Shown here one piece after another: positions 1-12,129 of a stretch of DNA of 64,000 bases (its first letter is position 1; each line of letters starts with the position of its first letter). A program made the position numbers and the translations under genes. The notes under the pieces were generated by a model. It worked only from the letters and a program-made list of their open reading frames with translations. It searched no databases and was not told the origin of the DNA. Source of the DNA: Carcharhinus longimanus (Eukaryota); assembly GCA_030264375.1 (NCBI GenBank), contig JASCQW010000043.1, forward strand, positions 67,290,954-67,354,953, in the 5' to 3' direction.

Positions 1-104
1 GGAGGGAAGATCATTGATGAAGCAGCTGAAAATGTTAAGTTATAGATCACCATCCTGAAGAACTCCTGCAGTGATACCCATGGATTGAGATGATTGTCCC
101 TTCA
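1..104 (-). mobile_element. RT fragment of a CR1/Jockey-superfamily LINE (same family as 16555-19120)
   Basis: Minus strand resembles the GVPQG..FSCFINDLPS RT motif; similar to 16620-16720 and 43500-43600. Confidence 0.6.
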
Positions 105-106
105 TT

Positions 107-414
107 GGGCGGCATGGTGACACAGTGGTTAGCATGTTGTCTCCCAGCACCAGGAACCCAGGTTCAATTCCAGTCTTGAGTGACTGTCTTTGTGGAGTTA
201 GCACGTTCTCTCCCTGTTTGCTGCTCCAGTTTCTTCCCACACTCCAAAAATGTGCGGGTTAGGTTGGTTGGCCATGCTAAATTGCTCCTTAGTGTCAGGG
301 AGATGGGCGGGGTAAATATGCGGGGTTATGAATAGGACTTGGGTGGGATTGTTGTCAGTGCAGGCCTGATAGGCTGAATGGCCTCCTTCTGCGCTGTAGG
401 GATTCTGGATTCTA
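107..414 (+). mobile_element. HE1 (V-SINE) SINE with CR1/HER1-type tail
   Basis: tRNA-like head GGGCGGCATGGTGACACAGTGGTTAGC with B box GGTTCAATTCC, V-domain, and tail GAATGGCCTCCTTCTGCGCTGTAGGGATTCT. Confidence 0.9.
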
Positions 415-536
415 ACCATTACTGAGGCTAGCTTTTAATTCCAGATTTATCAATTGAATTTAATTCCACAAGCTCCCATGGCAGGGTTTGAGCCAATATT
501 CCTTGTCATCTGCATTGTTAATCCAGTGTCAATGTC
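415..536 (-). mobile_element. tRNA-like SINE head fragment (family of 18890-19120 and 48945-49154)
   Basis: Minus strand has B-box-like GGCTCAAACCC followed by AATCTGGAATTAAAAGCTAGCCTCAGTAATGG. Confidence 0.55.
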
Positions 537-799
537 AAGTAATCTATGTCAATTTTATTGATCTTAAGTGAAGCTCATTTTTGTCTTGGTATCAACTTTA
601 ATACTACTTAATTGTTCTGCAAGCAGATTTTGTTAATTTAACTGTTAGAATATTAAATGATCCATTTTGAACTTAGATTATACTTTGGCTGATTTCAAAG
701 TATAATAAGAAATGAGCTCTCTATATTTGCATTTTAATAAATTGCATTATGTTCTGTCTGGCACTTTTCTTAAAAGTAAATATATCAAGGAAATTCATA

Positions 800-1050
800 A
801 AGAAATAACTTGCACTTGTGAAATAACTTTCATGAAGTGGTTTGGTAGTGTTGATTGAAGGAGGAATATTGATCAAAACACTGCAAACTCCCTCCTTTTC
901 TGGTAGAACCTTGAAGACTTGGACATCTACTGGAAAAGGAGACATGACTCCACTTTAAAGTTTCATTCCCCCAAAAGATGCCACCACTGATAATGCAGTA
1001 TTCACTCAATACCGCAGTTGTGTTATTCTCCACTGCTTTGTACAAATGGT
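800..1050 (-). mobile_element. Degenerate Deu-domain SINE (SacSINE1-like)
   Basis: Similar to the better preserved copy at 16062-16554. Confidence 0.5.
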
Positions 1051-1214
1051 TACTTTTCACGCATAAACAGAGACAATGAGTGACAATCGTAAGACTATTT
1101 GATTATTGGGACATTAGAGAGGAACTGGAACGTCTTTTCTCAACGTCTAGTTCCTGCAAACATAACAATGATCAATGACAGAATATAGGAGTGCTGTGCA
1201 TAATTGGTAAATAC

Positions 1215-1860
1215 TGAGGTGACATTTAAGGGAGGGTAAGAGGACAGTGAACTCGGAACAAAAAGAATGAAGAATTCAGATGGGGTTTAAAATCACCAAG
1301 GATGAGATGCTTTGGTGCAGAGGTTCAGGGATATTAGCAGTTAAGGCAGCTCATTGAGAAATCTTACACGGTACCTGGGCTGGCAGGAGAGAACCAGTAT
1401 TGTGAAAGAGATGAGCTGGTGGAACAAGATGAGATAGTAGAACAAAGTGAGATGCTCAAAAGAGGAGAATGTTCCAGAGGAATAAAGGGATAGACTAAGG
1501 CAAGATTTCATGATTAGAGCCACATCACCACAACTATCTGGGCAAAGCAAATGGTGAAAGCTGGAGGCAGGCAGAGGATTTTCATGAAGAGGGAAGGCAT
1601 CAACATCCCTCAGCCAGGTTTCCTTCAAAGTAATTTGGTCATTGTAATGATCTACACTAAGTTCATGAATTACGAAGACTTGAGTGAATGGACGTTCTGC
1701 GGGGTGGTATGGTGAGGGATGGTTAATAGCTGGACCACTGGCAGAGTCCAAAGGATCAGTACTAGGAAGGACAAGTTGGATAGCAATGAGGTTGGCAAGT
1801 TAAGCCATGAACCAATATGTTGGGCAGGATGGTCGACATATAGGTCGGAAGGTTCCCCCA
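1215..1860 (-). mobile_element. L2 LINE fragment, APE endonuclease
   Basis: ORF 1341-1751 gives IHELSVD..ITLKETWL..GDVALIMKS..SSGTFSSFEHL, typical of an L2 endonuclease N-terminus. Confidence 0.75.
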
Positions 1861-1869
1861 AAGATGCAT

Positions 1870-2759
1870 TAGGGGATTCCGCACAAAGTCACTACATAAG
1901 AATTAGATAGCAATTGCCCAGGAAATTCAAGCTTCCTTTGGACATTGCCTGCAATGGCAACCATCCAAAACTGCAATTTGCATCATAAACTTTGAATGTT
2001 TCCAACTGACTTACAGTAATAGTTTCCCAGGACAATTTAGAAGAATTAGAGCTTTTTCAAACTTCTGGGTAACTAGAATACTAACCCACCCTGGCCTCAC
2101 CATAGGATTCCCTCTTTAGGATCCACAACCATCTTGAGCCTCCGCAGAACATCCCTCAACTACCCCCAACCCACTTCGATTACCTCAAGACTTCACACAT
2201 GACTCCCCAACAACCATATTCGGGACAACTTCCCCAAACCCCCAACCAGCCCTGCAATCCATCCCACCCCACCCATCCAACCACTCCTTTTCCCGCCNNN
2301 NNNNNNNNNNNNNNNNNNNNNNNNNNNNNNNNNNNNNNNNNNNNNNNNNNNNNNNNNNNNNNNNNNNNNNNNNNNNNNNNNNNNNNNNNNNNNNNNNCCA
2401 CCCCACCCTTCCAACTACTCCTTTTCCCGACTACCCCCCACCCCGCCAATGCTTCCAAAACCCTTGTGACCACCCCCTAGTCACCTACATCTCTCCACTG
2501 ACAGCCTCCCACTCACCACCTCAACCCGTGACAATCCAAACCCCTAGCCCCAACCTCCAATCCTGCCCATACACTTCTCTTCTCCTTGGATCCTCAATGT
2601 GACAGGGTCTTTAAACCTTCCTGCTTTACGGCAATTAGTGCCGCAAAACAGGGGGTCTATCTTCCTCACCTCCAACTCAGCTGCCCTCAACACGAGGCCT
2701 CAGGAGCTAGCTGTACCGTACCTTTTTCATCCGTCCCGAGTTAGAAATTATGATCCCTA
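1870..2759. mobile_element. Probable non-autonomous DNA element with C-rich core (contains gap)
   Basis: C-rich low-complexity core 2100-2580 like other MITE-type elements here; termini only weakly inverted. Confidence 0.3.
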
Positions 2760-3292
2760 GATTACTGTGTACAGTTTGGGTCTCCTTATTGAAGAGAGTA
2801 TATAAATGCATTAGAAGCAATTCAGAGAAGGTTCAGTGGACTATACCTGGGATTGCAAAGCAGAAATGGGGTGGGGAGAGGGGTGGTATCTTATGGTGAT
2901 AGTTTTGACAGGCTAGACCTGTATTCTTTGGAGTTTAGAAGATTGAGAGGTGATCTTATTCAAACATATAACTTCCTGAGGGGAGTTGACAGGGTGGACA
3001 CTGAAAGGATGTTCCCCCTTGTGGGAGTGACTACAACTAGGGCACACATTTTAAAAATAAGGGGTCTCCCAGTTATGACAAAGATTCTCTTCTCCAGAAA
3101 GTGGAGGAATTGGGGGTCAAGATTTTTAAGTCAGAGGTATATAGATTCTTGACCAACAAGGGAGTCAGAGGTTATCGGGGTTAGGTGGAATGTGAATTTG
3201 AAGCCACAATTGGCTCAGCCAAGATCTTAATGAATGGTGGAGCAGGCTTGAGGAGCCGAATGGCCTATTCCTAATTCCTATGTCCGTATGTA
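2760..3292 (+). mobile_element. CR1 (HER1-like) LINE 3' fragment
   Basis: YCVQF.SPY and LDLYSLEFRRLRGDLIQTY motifs; hairpin and tail GAGCCGAATGGCCTATTCCTAATTCCTATGT. Confidence 0.9.
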
Positions 3293-3523
3293 ACTAGAAG
3301 TACACAACTTGCAGAGTGATGTTTCCTATAAGAGAATTCCTTTTATAGGGTCTGACTTTCATTGCCCTTGAACGTTTTATCTTAAATTGTTTACTCAACG
3401 AACTGCCAACTCCCATTTTTGGCATCCAACAGTAAAATAAAGTAACCCCATCTATGGTGGAGCTAACTAAATGCTGAGTAATGTAGACAAATTAGGAACA
3501 TCCTTTATGCTGTGGATTTGTAC

Positions 3524-3600
3524 CTATTAGGAACCGGGATGAGGTTACTCAAATAAGACTCAGCGCCAGCAGGGAGAAAAGATTCAAAACAATAAGGCCA
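3524..3600 (-). CDS. Candidate internal coding exon, 77 nt, phase 0 to 2 (WPYCFESFLPAGAESYLSNLIPVPN+AG); gene unidentified
   Basis: Acceptor tactccttttacttag, donor AG|gtacaa; only one open frame; more GC/CpG-rich than the TE-free flanks; phase-compatible with 20843-20920. Confidence 0.4.
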
Positions 3601-3794
3601 CTAAGTAAAAGGAGTATCTTCTAATACACTATCCCATCCCAATAAATAAAAAAACTTTAAAAAATATTTCCACCAACTTTCCATAAGCGTTTATTTGCTA
3701 CATTTCAAGGTGGATTTATTCTATGAAAACAAGAATTGCCAACAAAGTTGCAAAATGCTGCTATTGTAATAGACATGGACAAAATGGCTGCATA

Positions 3795-4085
3795 TTCACT
3801 GCCAGGGATGGCAGAATATGAGGAGAGATTGGGTCAGCTGAGTCTGTATTCACTGGAATTTAGAATTGAAACACATAAAATTCCAACAGGATGGGTAGAC
3901 TGGATGCAGAAATGTGTTTCCTCTGGCTGCAGTAGCCGAGAACCAGGGGTCACAGTCTCAGGATACAGGGTAGATCATTTAGGACTGAGGTTAAGAGAAA
4001 TCTCTTCCCTCAGAGAGTGGTGGCAAACCTGTGGAATTCTCAACCACAAGAGGCTGTGGAGGTCACCTCACTGAATATACCTTTG
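3795..4085 (+). mobile_element. CR1 LINE 3' fragment
   Basis: PGMAEYEERLGQLSLYSLEFR, a CR1 ORF2 C-terminal motif. Confidence 0.85.
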
Positions 4086-4587
4086 GTAAAGAGAACAAGG
4101 GAAGAAGCTAGTGGAAAATAGACAAAGACATGTTTTCATTATTTGCAAAAACACAATTGCATGCTATATATATATTAATAAAATAGATTTTTTTTGGTCA
4201 GGCCTCAACAATATTATCCTTAATTAGGATAATTAGGAATCAGAGTTGCCAAAGGAACAGAATTGTAACACACAAAGCAAAAAGCAAGTGGATGTCCAAA
4301 GCCTTAAAGGATGTTGGCAAATGTATCAAAGTGGTGAGTTCTCTACTTATACAGCTACAAATTCATAAAGATGCAAATGAGTTATGGCACCATTAATCAT
4401 GCTACTATCAACTTTCTTTTTGTAATTAACTATTTCCTTGCCTGGCTTTATGATGCAAAAGCATCAATTTTTACAAATGTGGATGGACCTAGGGTGTGGA
4501 TGGGGGTGGGGAGACATGGCTTTCATCATTAGAATCCCTGTTTAAGAAATTGTGGTCAGTGGCATACACATCAACCTCGCCACTGAC

Positions 4588-4829
4588 CAGAAGATCCATC
4601 TCCTTAGGTTTAGCATCAAAATCCTTGCGTTTTGTTCGAGTCAGTTTAGTAAACGTTTGATTTAGATTAAAAAAAAACACCAAGCACAGCAACAGAAGAA
4701 CAAAGAAGTTACTTGGGCAGGCAGGCAGAGAGAGAGCTGAATTATTCGTGGAAATGAAGTCAAAAACCCAGAGGTGATTCAGAGTCAACTGTGTATTCAG
4801 CACCTTTATACTATCCGGCTCATTAATCC
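4588..4829 (-). promoter_or_regulatory. Candidate internal promoter and first exon (TATAAA, UTR, ATG GAT CTT CTG|gtcagt)
   Basis: Minus-strand TATAAA at 4810-4805; GGATTA at 4829-4824; strong-context gagATGG at 4599; donor CTG|GTCAGT in phase 0, matching the exon at 3600. Confidence 0.25.
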
Positions 4830-5204
4830 TTCCAAGTCGGTGCCCCCAATTATATCATCTCTACTTAGACTTTGAACAAAAGTACTACAAGGAAAACAGC
4901 TGAACTCAGCAAAACTAAAGGGTGCCAGTTATGACATTTCTAATTCCCTGATTTTTGAAAAGGGTTCTGCCGAATAGAATCTGCAAAAGCCAATGCAATT
5001 GCAATGTTAACACAACCGAAACACTGCATACAGGAAGAAAGTTACAGAAATACACACCCGATCATTGATGTAGGAATAGCTAATGAAGTTCAAAGAGGTC
5101 TCTCAAAATTAGTTGGCTTGGTATAATGATGCAGGAGCTGACAAAGAAATTAAATGTTAAACTGTTTTGCTCAACCAGTCCAGTCCAAGTCAGAAGAGAT
5201 TATA

Positions 5205-5372
5205 TCAAAATAAGAGAAGATTTGCTGGAAATACTCAGCAGATCAGACAGCTTTCATGCAGAGAAACAGAGTTAACATTCCAAGTTGTTGATCCTTTTGG
5301 GTCAGAAATAAATATTTCCAGCATTTTCTGTTTTTATTTCAGATTTCCAGCATTTGCAGTACTTTGCTTTTT
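5205..5372. mobile_element. Palindromic Penelope-like terminal remnant
   Basis: TGCTGGAAATACTCAGCAG ... TATTTCCAGCATTTTCTGTTTTTATTTCAG, self-complementary; recurs near 24965, 36640, 42535 and 63234. Penelope assignment is from recall. Confidence 0.55.
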
Positions 5373-5493
5373 TTTAAAGCTGGGAAATGTATAATGCTCT
5401 AGTCTTGTCAGATCCCTTAAGTATTGGTTCCATGTTTAGTTGCCAAGAAATAATGGAATATTGAAGCCTAGGAGAAGAGTAAGAAAAATATAA

Positions 5494-6576
5494 GGGGTGA
5501 TTTTACAGCTTTGTTTGGCCTTGTGCAGATTGCGCCAATACCAGAAAATTACACATGGACCTAAAAATGGGTTTTGCACCCGGCACCAAATGGTGTTTTC
5601 AATTATCCTGGTCGCTTTCTAACGGCGCAAACCAAATTGTGCCCAGAAAGAGTACAAGGCCAATTGGCACATTTAAAGTAGCATTTAAATATGCTTAACC
5701 CATTTGACACTGGATTCTCCCAGATCCCAGGATCTTCTGACTTTTAAGCGTGGTGCAAACTCGGGGAGGAACACTCCTGGTCTCCATTAGACCAGGCATG
5801 ATGGCCACGTCAGGAGGCTCAGAGGCCACTGAAACCCCAAGTGGTCAGGGACATGGCTGGGCAATGGCCATATGACAGTATCCATCTGGAAGTGTCCACC
5901 TAGCACACTGCCAGGGGCTGCACTGTGAGGATGGGGCCTGAGTGAGGGTCATATGGGGACGGACTATGATGGGGGGGCGTGGTCATGAGGAAGGGATGGT
6001 GAAGGGGTGGGGCACAAACAGGACATGAAGTGGGGTACAAAGGGGTCATGAAGAAGAACCCACTGAGAACCCAATGCCGGCAATCTGTGTCGGAAGAGAG
6101 TGGGGAGACATGCCACAGATGAAGCAGGGGTTTGCAATGTCCATGAAGAGAGGAAAGTGGGGGGCTCTTCCAGTGCACTGCGTGTTCAGGCATTCAAAAC
6201 ACAACTTGATCGCTTTGTAGCTGGGCTTACAAGTGTGTTTAGGCCTGCCTACCCCAGAACAAGCACACAACGTAGGACAATTGCAATCCGGTCTGTCTGA
6301 GCCTCTAAGACTGCAGCTTAGTAAAGGGGACACGAGTTCTGTTTCTTTATAAACTACTTGTATTTCTTTGAAGCATCTCCACATGCAATTCCCCATCAAC
6401 AAAATAGTGCCACCTGTGACCCCTTTATATATCAGGGACTTCTATTGTATAATTAACATCAAATTAGGACTTAATTGGAAGGTCTGTTAATCCATTTCTA
6501 ACAAGGTCCACACCAGACAGGCTGGCGCAAATTGTTCTGGTTTTCTTGCAGGTGTAACACTTGGTAATTTCTACCC
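5494..6576. mobile_element. PIF/Harbinger-like MITE with G-rich core, possibly carrying a solo LTR at ~6235-6503
   Basis: TAA then GGGGTGATTTTAC ... GGTAATTTCTACCC termini, similar to 10241-11089. Confidence 0.5.
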
Positions 6577-6609
6577 ATAATTTTAAACATCAGTATTAGG
6601 ATCATTATT

Positions 6610-7915
6610 GTAGAGACGGTGTGGCTTCTTATACTCAACAGTTGACCATGACGTATCTTAGTGTCACACGTAATATTAAAGAGTTCTTAAGTCCACCCCC
6701 CTCACACTTGCTGCAGAACTTGGGCTGAGTAACAGAGTGATGTGTGGAGTGACTCCTTATATCCTGGGCAACTTTGGATATTGTAAAGACGTGTTTAGGA
6801 CCAGAAATACCCAATAGATGGGGCTGTGGCAAACAGGTCTTCAACACCAGAACAGGTGGAGGAAGAATCGCCATCTGGAATATCTCAATGGCTATTCTGT
6901 TAAGCAGCAGAACAAAACTTCCAAACATCATGGTTTCCTCCCAGTGGATCAATGCCTCATTCTCAAGATACGTGTGGAATTGGGTGTCCAGCGATTTCAG
7001 TATCCTAAAAATTGTCACACACACAGGCATCTTTCCTTTGGAATTCATCTCCCAAGCCCTGCAGTGATCAGCAAATGGTGGCAAGAGCAGGATTATGTTG
7101 TCTGGAAGCTTCTAATCATGATTTGGTATGGAGGCGGCAGTTCCAGGAAATTTGTCCAGCAGTCAGACAAGGCAGGGTGCCTTTCAGCATTATAACCATA
7201 ACCGAGTGGCCCTCTTTAGGATCCACTCTGTTCACTACTTATTGGGGAAGGGCTAGAAAAGGTATCCTAAAAATAGTCTGCTTCACTTTTCCTGACTGGT
7301 TAGCCAGAGGAGTCACCTTTTGTGATAGAAATACACAAAAGAGACAACAGCAAAATTTGGGATCTGGAACAATGAGGACCCTCATGGACAAACCCACAAA
7401 TGAACACTCAGAGCATTGAACTGTGTTTGCCACCTGAAAAATCTGACAAAATGATATTGACATTGCCACTCTGAGTGAGGTCCGGCCAGCTGGGGAAGAA
7501 ACCTGAGGTGGTTATATTTTCTCTGGAAAAGGAATTCAGAAGAACAATGCAGAGTTCACTGAGTTGGATTTGCCATCAACAATGCACTTGTGAACCACTT
7601 TCAAAAGTTCATTCTTGGAAGAAATGACTCTCCATTTGCCACCATGGTCAGTTCATATTCCCCAATGTTAGATGGTAATGACAAAACCAAGGAAGATTTC
7701 TTTGCCAAACTTGACCAAGCTGTCTGTGGAGTTCCAAAGGAGAACAGGCTTATTCTTCCCAGAGACTTCAATGCCAGAGTTGGAAGAGATTCCAATCTCT
7801 GGAATGGAACTATTAGCAGGGAAGGAATTGGAAACTTCAGCAGCATTCTTCTCCTTACCACGTGTGTAGAACATGGGTTTATCATTACCAATACCTTGTT
7901 CCCTTTTGGTCACCA
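6610..7915 (+). mobile_element. RTE (BovB-like) LINE 5' part: putative 5'UTR and endonuclease
   Basis: ORF 7590-7922 gives SYSPMLDGNDKTKEDFFAKLDQAV..RDFNARVGRD..GIGN..LLLTTCVEHGFIITNTLF; the 5'UTR boundary is uncertain. Confidence 0.8.
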
Positions 7916-8189
7916 AATCTAATATCTCCTAATGTGGGTTGGTGGCATATTTTGTTTCATGTTGCCCTTGTGAAGTGCCTTGGAACAATTAATGTATTCA
8001 AAGCACTTTATTAGATCAGTTATTGTTGTTCTTATTGGGCTTTGTTTAGCCAGGTGGAAAAACTTGAGTGAAGGGAATAGATTGCTCCTTATGAGTCAAG
8101 CTTTAGTCAAATTCACAAAGCAAGCCCAGTCATCCACAAAATAAACATGAATCTAAATGAACAAGTGTCTCAATCAAGTATTTGGGAGG

Positions 8190-9500
8190 TAAATATTGAG
8201 AGTGGTGATGACTGCTGAACTGCTGGCAGAGTCAGAGAACAGAAGGGTGAGTGGGGTAGATGGGTTACTAATACAGGAAGGTGGCTGACATGTTTAGCTT
8301 TCAGTATATTCCCTGATTGGAAGGTTAGCAGAGAGAGGGGATGGTATAATTGGGTTACTTCTTTGAAGGAGGCATTCAGTTTTGTCTCCATCAACATATT
8401 GCAGATTGGCAAGCGAAGCACAGAGGGTAACTCTGGCCATAATCAAAAAAGATTTGAATTCAGGTTGGTGGCAGGGGATCAAAGAGTGTGGATGGGTGGA
8501 ATACAGCTGGCAGAGGCAAAGTACCTGTCAGGAGAGAAGTGAAAGGTGCCATGACTGGATGACAGAAAAGGAGATAAAAGCTTAAGAATGTCCAAGAGCA
8601 AAAAGAAAAAGAGACTGGGTCCATATAGCCACTCAAAATGTGCATGCAAATGGATAGAGGGGAAATGTACATAGCATGGTAGAAATTAGGAGTGCCAAGG
8701 CCTTGTTGAAATTATCAGACAGAGAGGAGACAATATTAAAAAGTCAAAATTAACATCCAAGATTCAATGGTGAGATGAAGTTCGCTTGGAGTATTGCACT
8801 GATGTGCAGGTCCAAAGAAGTTAGTTTGTTGGGAACTTTTTCCAGGAATTTTTTGAGAGGCAGAATATCTGTGCACAAAATGTTTTATAGTGAAAACAGA
8901 GAGCTGAGGAGAAGCGAAGGAGAGCTGACTGAATCAGTCGAGGCTGGTCAAGAGGTCCAATGGAGTTACAAAGTGGCATCAGATGTCAGCAGTGTACACC
9001 CAAGGATCCAACAGATCAGAAGAGGAACACTGAAAGTGACCAAGTACAGTATAAATGAGGCAGATGGGGAGAATCAAAAGTAAATCTACAAGATCAATAC
9101 AGATGTAGAAGTTAGTCCAAGGATTGGTTGTAGGGAGATGAGGAACACAAAGTTCAGAAGCAGCAATAAGAGTTTGCGAATGTCAATCCAACACAGTTTA
9201 GTAAGAGTGCTCAAGACTTCGAAAAAAAGTGCAGAAGACACAGAAAGCAAGCAAGAAGCAGAGATTGTTCACTGACAAGATTGTAGAATCCAGAGCAAGA
9301 CAGGAACAAACATGAACAGGTGTAGATGAGTTGAAAAACATAGGCTGAGATAGAATCTCTCAGGGAAGAGGTCAAATGCAAGTCCAATAAGCAAAATTAA
9401 ATCAGCTGAAAAATATCTGAAGAAATCAACAAGCAGAAATTAAGGATTCTTCAAGGCTCTCACAAACTCTTCATTTTGCTCAAATCCATGACTGAGGGAG
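8190..9500 (-). mobile_element. Decayed L2 LINE (endonuclease to RT fragments)
   Basis: Purine-rich plus strand typical of antisense L2; degenerate NYRPISNL-like motif near 8290-8355. Confidence 0.6.
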
Positions 9501-10240
9501 TAGCTGCGTCTATCTACATCAGTCTAAGATTTCAGTGGTGCAGTAATGATGCAAAATTAGAAGATTTCCAGGCACAAGGCCACCAGATGAGTCCTACTCC
9601 TTTGCAAATGAGACATGTGAACTTGGGCAAGCAGGTTTTTTTTTAAATGGCAGGAAGACCAACAAAGTCCACCTACAGCACATAAACACACAACACACAG
9701 ACAGCATAATGTGTTAAAAGCACATTTTGCAATAACAAGATAATAATGTCGTATAATAATAAGATATTTTGCAATAACAGAATAATAATGACAAACAGAA
9801 AGAAGGAATTTTATACATTAAGCGTTTTGACACTGTTTCGTTCCTGAGTTGAAATCGATCAGATTTTTGACTTTGTGGAAATGTGCAACACCATTTGGTT
9901 TCTCAGATAAGTACATACAGTCTTTTAAAATATAAAAATTGTTTCTTGCTATCATCATTTGCTAACTCCCAAGACTGTTGTGAATATTTGATTTCATAAT
10001 TCATGTATTTGAGGTATAACTTTTAGTTCAGGAATTGAATTTAAATGTAGATAGATGGAATATTTAGTTGGGAAACTTTTAAACAGACCTGGGGTATCAG
10101 AGAAACACATGAATCAAAGCAACTCTACAGTGCAGAAGGAGGCCATACGGCCCATCGAGTCTGCACCAACAACAATCCCATCTAGGCCTTATCCTCGTAA
10201 CTCCACAAATTCCTCTAACCTATACTTCCTGGGACACTAA

Positions 10241-11089
10241 GAGCCCGATTTTACCATTTTCATTCTAAATACTGAATCTGGGTGTAATGCAGATCCAACT
10301 TGGCAATCTACTTTCAGGCACCCCCATACGCACTCAGCCATCTCCAGTCCCATTCGCGCTGTAGGCCAGCCTTAGCACGGCTGGAACGACCAGAGCTCTG
10401 AACTGCGAATGCGCAATTAGAAAAAAATTTGAAAAAGCGCACCTGTATCAGATTGCTCCCGGGTCGCAGAAAGCAGAGAAAGTGGCCCAGGAGCCACAAG
10501 CGGGAGCGATGGCCCCCACACACATCACTGTCCCCCTTATCCACCCTCCACTACCCACACACACATCACTGTTCCCCCTTATCCACCCTCCACTACCCAC
10601 ACACACATCACTGTCCCNNNNNNNNNNNNNNNNNNNNNNNNNNNNNNNNNNNNNNNNNNNNNNNNNNNNNNNNNNNNNNNNNNNNNNNNNNNNNNNNNNN
10701 NNNNNNNNNNNNNNNNNACTTCTCTCCTCCCCCACCATTGATCTGAGTCAGAGAGCCGTTGGAAACACTGAACGTGCCTCATCAGCAGCTGGAGTGCCGG
10801 ATTCAGACTTTTATTTAGCAGGTCCATTGTGACGCGGTTCTGGATTGCCAAACGTGGTGGTAAAGGGGGAAATGCTGATAAAGTTGGGCGGGCAGTTCAT
10901 TAATTCAATTTAAATGCATGCAAATGCATTTAAATCATCGTGGCGCCCATTTTGGGCATGAATCGAATTGCTGCCATTCCCGAGTTTCGCTAAAGTGGCA
11001 ATCTGCACGGATGCAGGCATGGATCACACCCAACTTTAACATGTTTTTGCGCCTGAAAACAGGTGCGACGCAATGGTAAAATCGGGTCT
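10241..11089. mobile_element. PIF/Harbinger-like MITE
   Basis: Perfect 15-bp inverted core CCCGATTTTACCATT / AATGGTAAAATCGGG; TAA target duplication at 10238-10240 and 11090-11092; non-coding interior. Confidence 0.8.
10516..10617 (+). repeat. ~39-40 bp minisatellite inside the MITE, running into an N gap
   Basis: CACACACATCACTGTCCCCCTTATCCACCCTCCACTACC, about 2.5 copies visible. Confidence 0.9.
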
Positions 11090-12129
11090 TAATGGTCAAT
11101 CTAACATGGCCAAAGCACCTAACCTGTCCATCTTTGGGCTGTGGGACGAGGGAGGAATTACAGTTCAAAAAGTAACCTGTGTTTATTTAATGAGGTTAGA
11201 ATTAGTAGTGCGAAAACTTGAGCAATGGTGACCCACCACCACTGAGTTTTTGAAAGGGACAGGAGGTCTACAGTTGTTTCTAAGAGAGATTTAGATTATT
11301 CATGTCGTCCCTAATCAAAGAAGCTAAAAGCACCTTTGAAAACAAAAATGTTTCTTGGTGTCTGGAAAGTCTGAGAAGCTAGTTGTTAACTTCATGAAGA
11401 CATAATTTATTCACACATATCCCTAAATTAAAGGGTTGTTTTTAAAGTAAGAGATAATAACTTTACTTCCCTGTTGGGGAACATTTCAAGTATGCCACTT
11501 TGCAAAGATAGGTTATACATGGTTTTGTATTTATCTGTGTGTTTTCTCACAAAAATAAATCAGCAGTTAAACCTGGAAGCAAGCTGGGAAAGAAAATGTC
11601 TTTTTCTATACCAAGCCATGACAAGGAGTATAGAGGCCAGTAGGAACCAGAGGCATTCCTAATTTTTAAATCACTAAGCACAAATGCAGTAAGGTGCAAG
11701 CTTGAGCTAGGAAGTCCACAGTCTGGAGGTTTTGAAGTAAAGTTGGAGAGTTGCTTAGCCAAAAACTGATGGAAGGATCCCCATGAAATCTTGAACCCCT
11801 GAGGATAGCTTGAACATCAAGGAGACATCAAACTGACTTTCAGAGAGCTGTAGTGTGCTTGGTTTTAATTCCAAAAGGAGAAATGAATGAACTCTCAAGA
11901 ACTTGTAATGTATAAGAGAACGCTCAGGTGCAATTAGGAAAAAGGAAAACTGGATTTATACTCTAATTCTAGAGTTAATATGCTTAATTTATATATACAC
12001 ACATACAGAAATTTTTTTTTTTTGCTTAAAAATCTGAACTCTTCTTGCATGGTTCTTCCAGTTAATTGCTGGATGCTTGAATTTCTCTTTCAACATTAAT
12101 AGTCTCTAGACATAGTTGATACATTCATC

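Larger units (their letters stand above)
10110..11150 (-). mobile_element. Truncated HE1 SINE split by a MITE (halves 10110-10240 and 11090-11150)
   Basis: Tail CTACAGTGCAGAAGGAGGCC...GGACACTAA resumes as TGGTCAATCTAACATGGCC after the insertion. Confidence 0.8.

Noticed and set aside
107-180. tRNA-like sequences with A/B boxes
   Set aside because: They are SINE heads continuing into V-domains, not tRNA genes.
6635-7195. Overlapping 97-149 aa ORFs on both strands
   Set aside because: No recognisable domain or splice signals; lies directly upstream of an RTE endonuclease and is probably its 5' region.
9818-9921. Minus-strand exon-like segment
   Set aside because: Stops in all three frames and a weak donor.
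10516-10617. Regularly spaced repeats as a CRISPR-like array
   Set aside because: Head-to-tail minisatellite without unique spacers, in vertebrate DNA.
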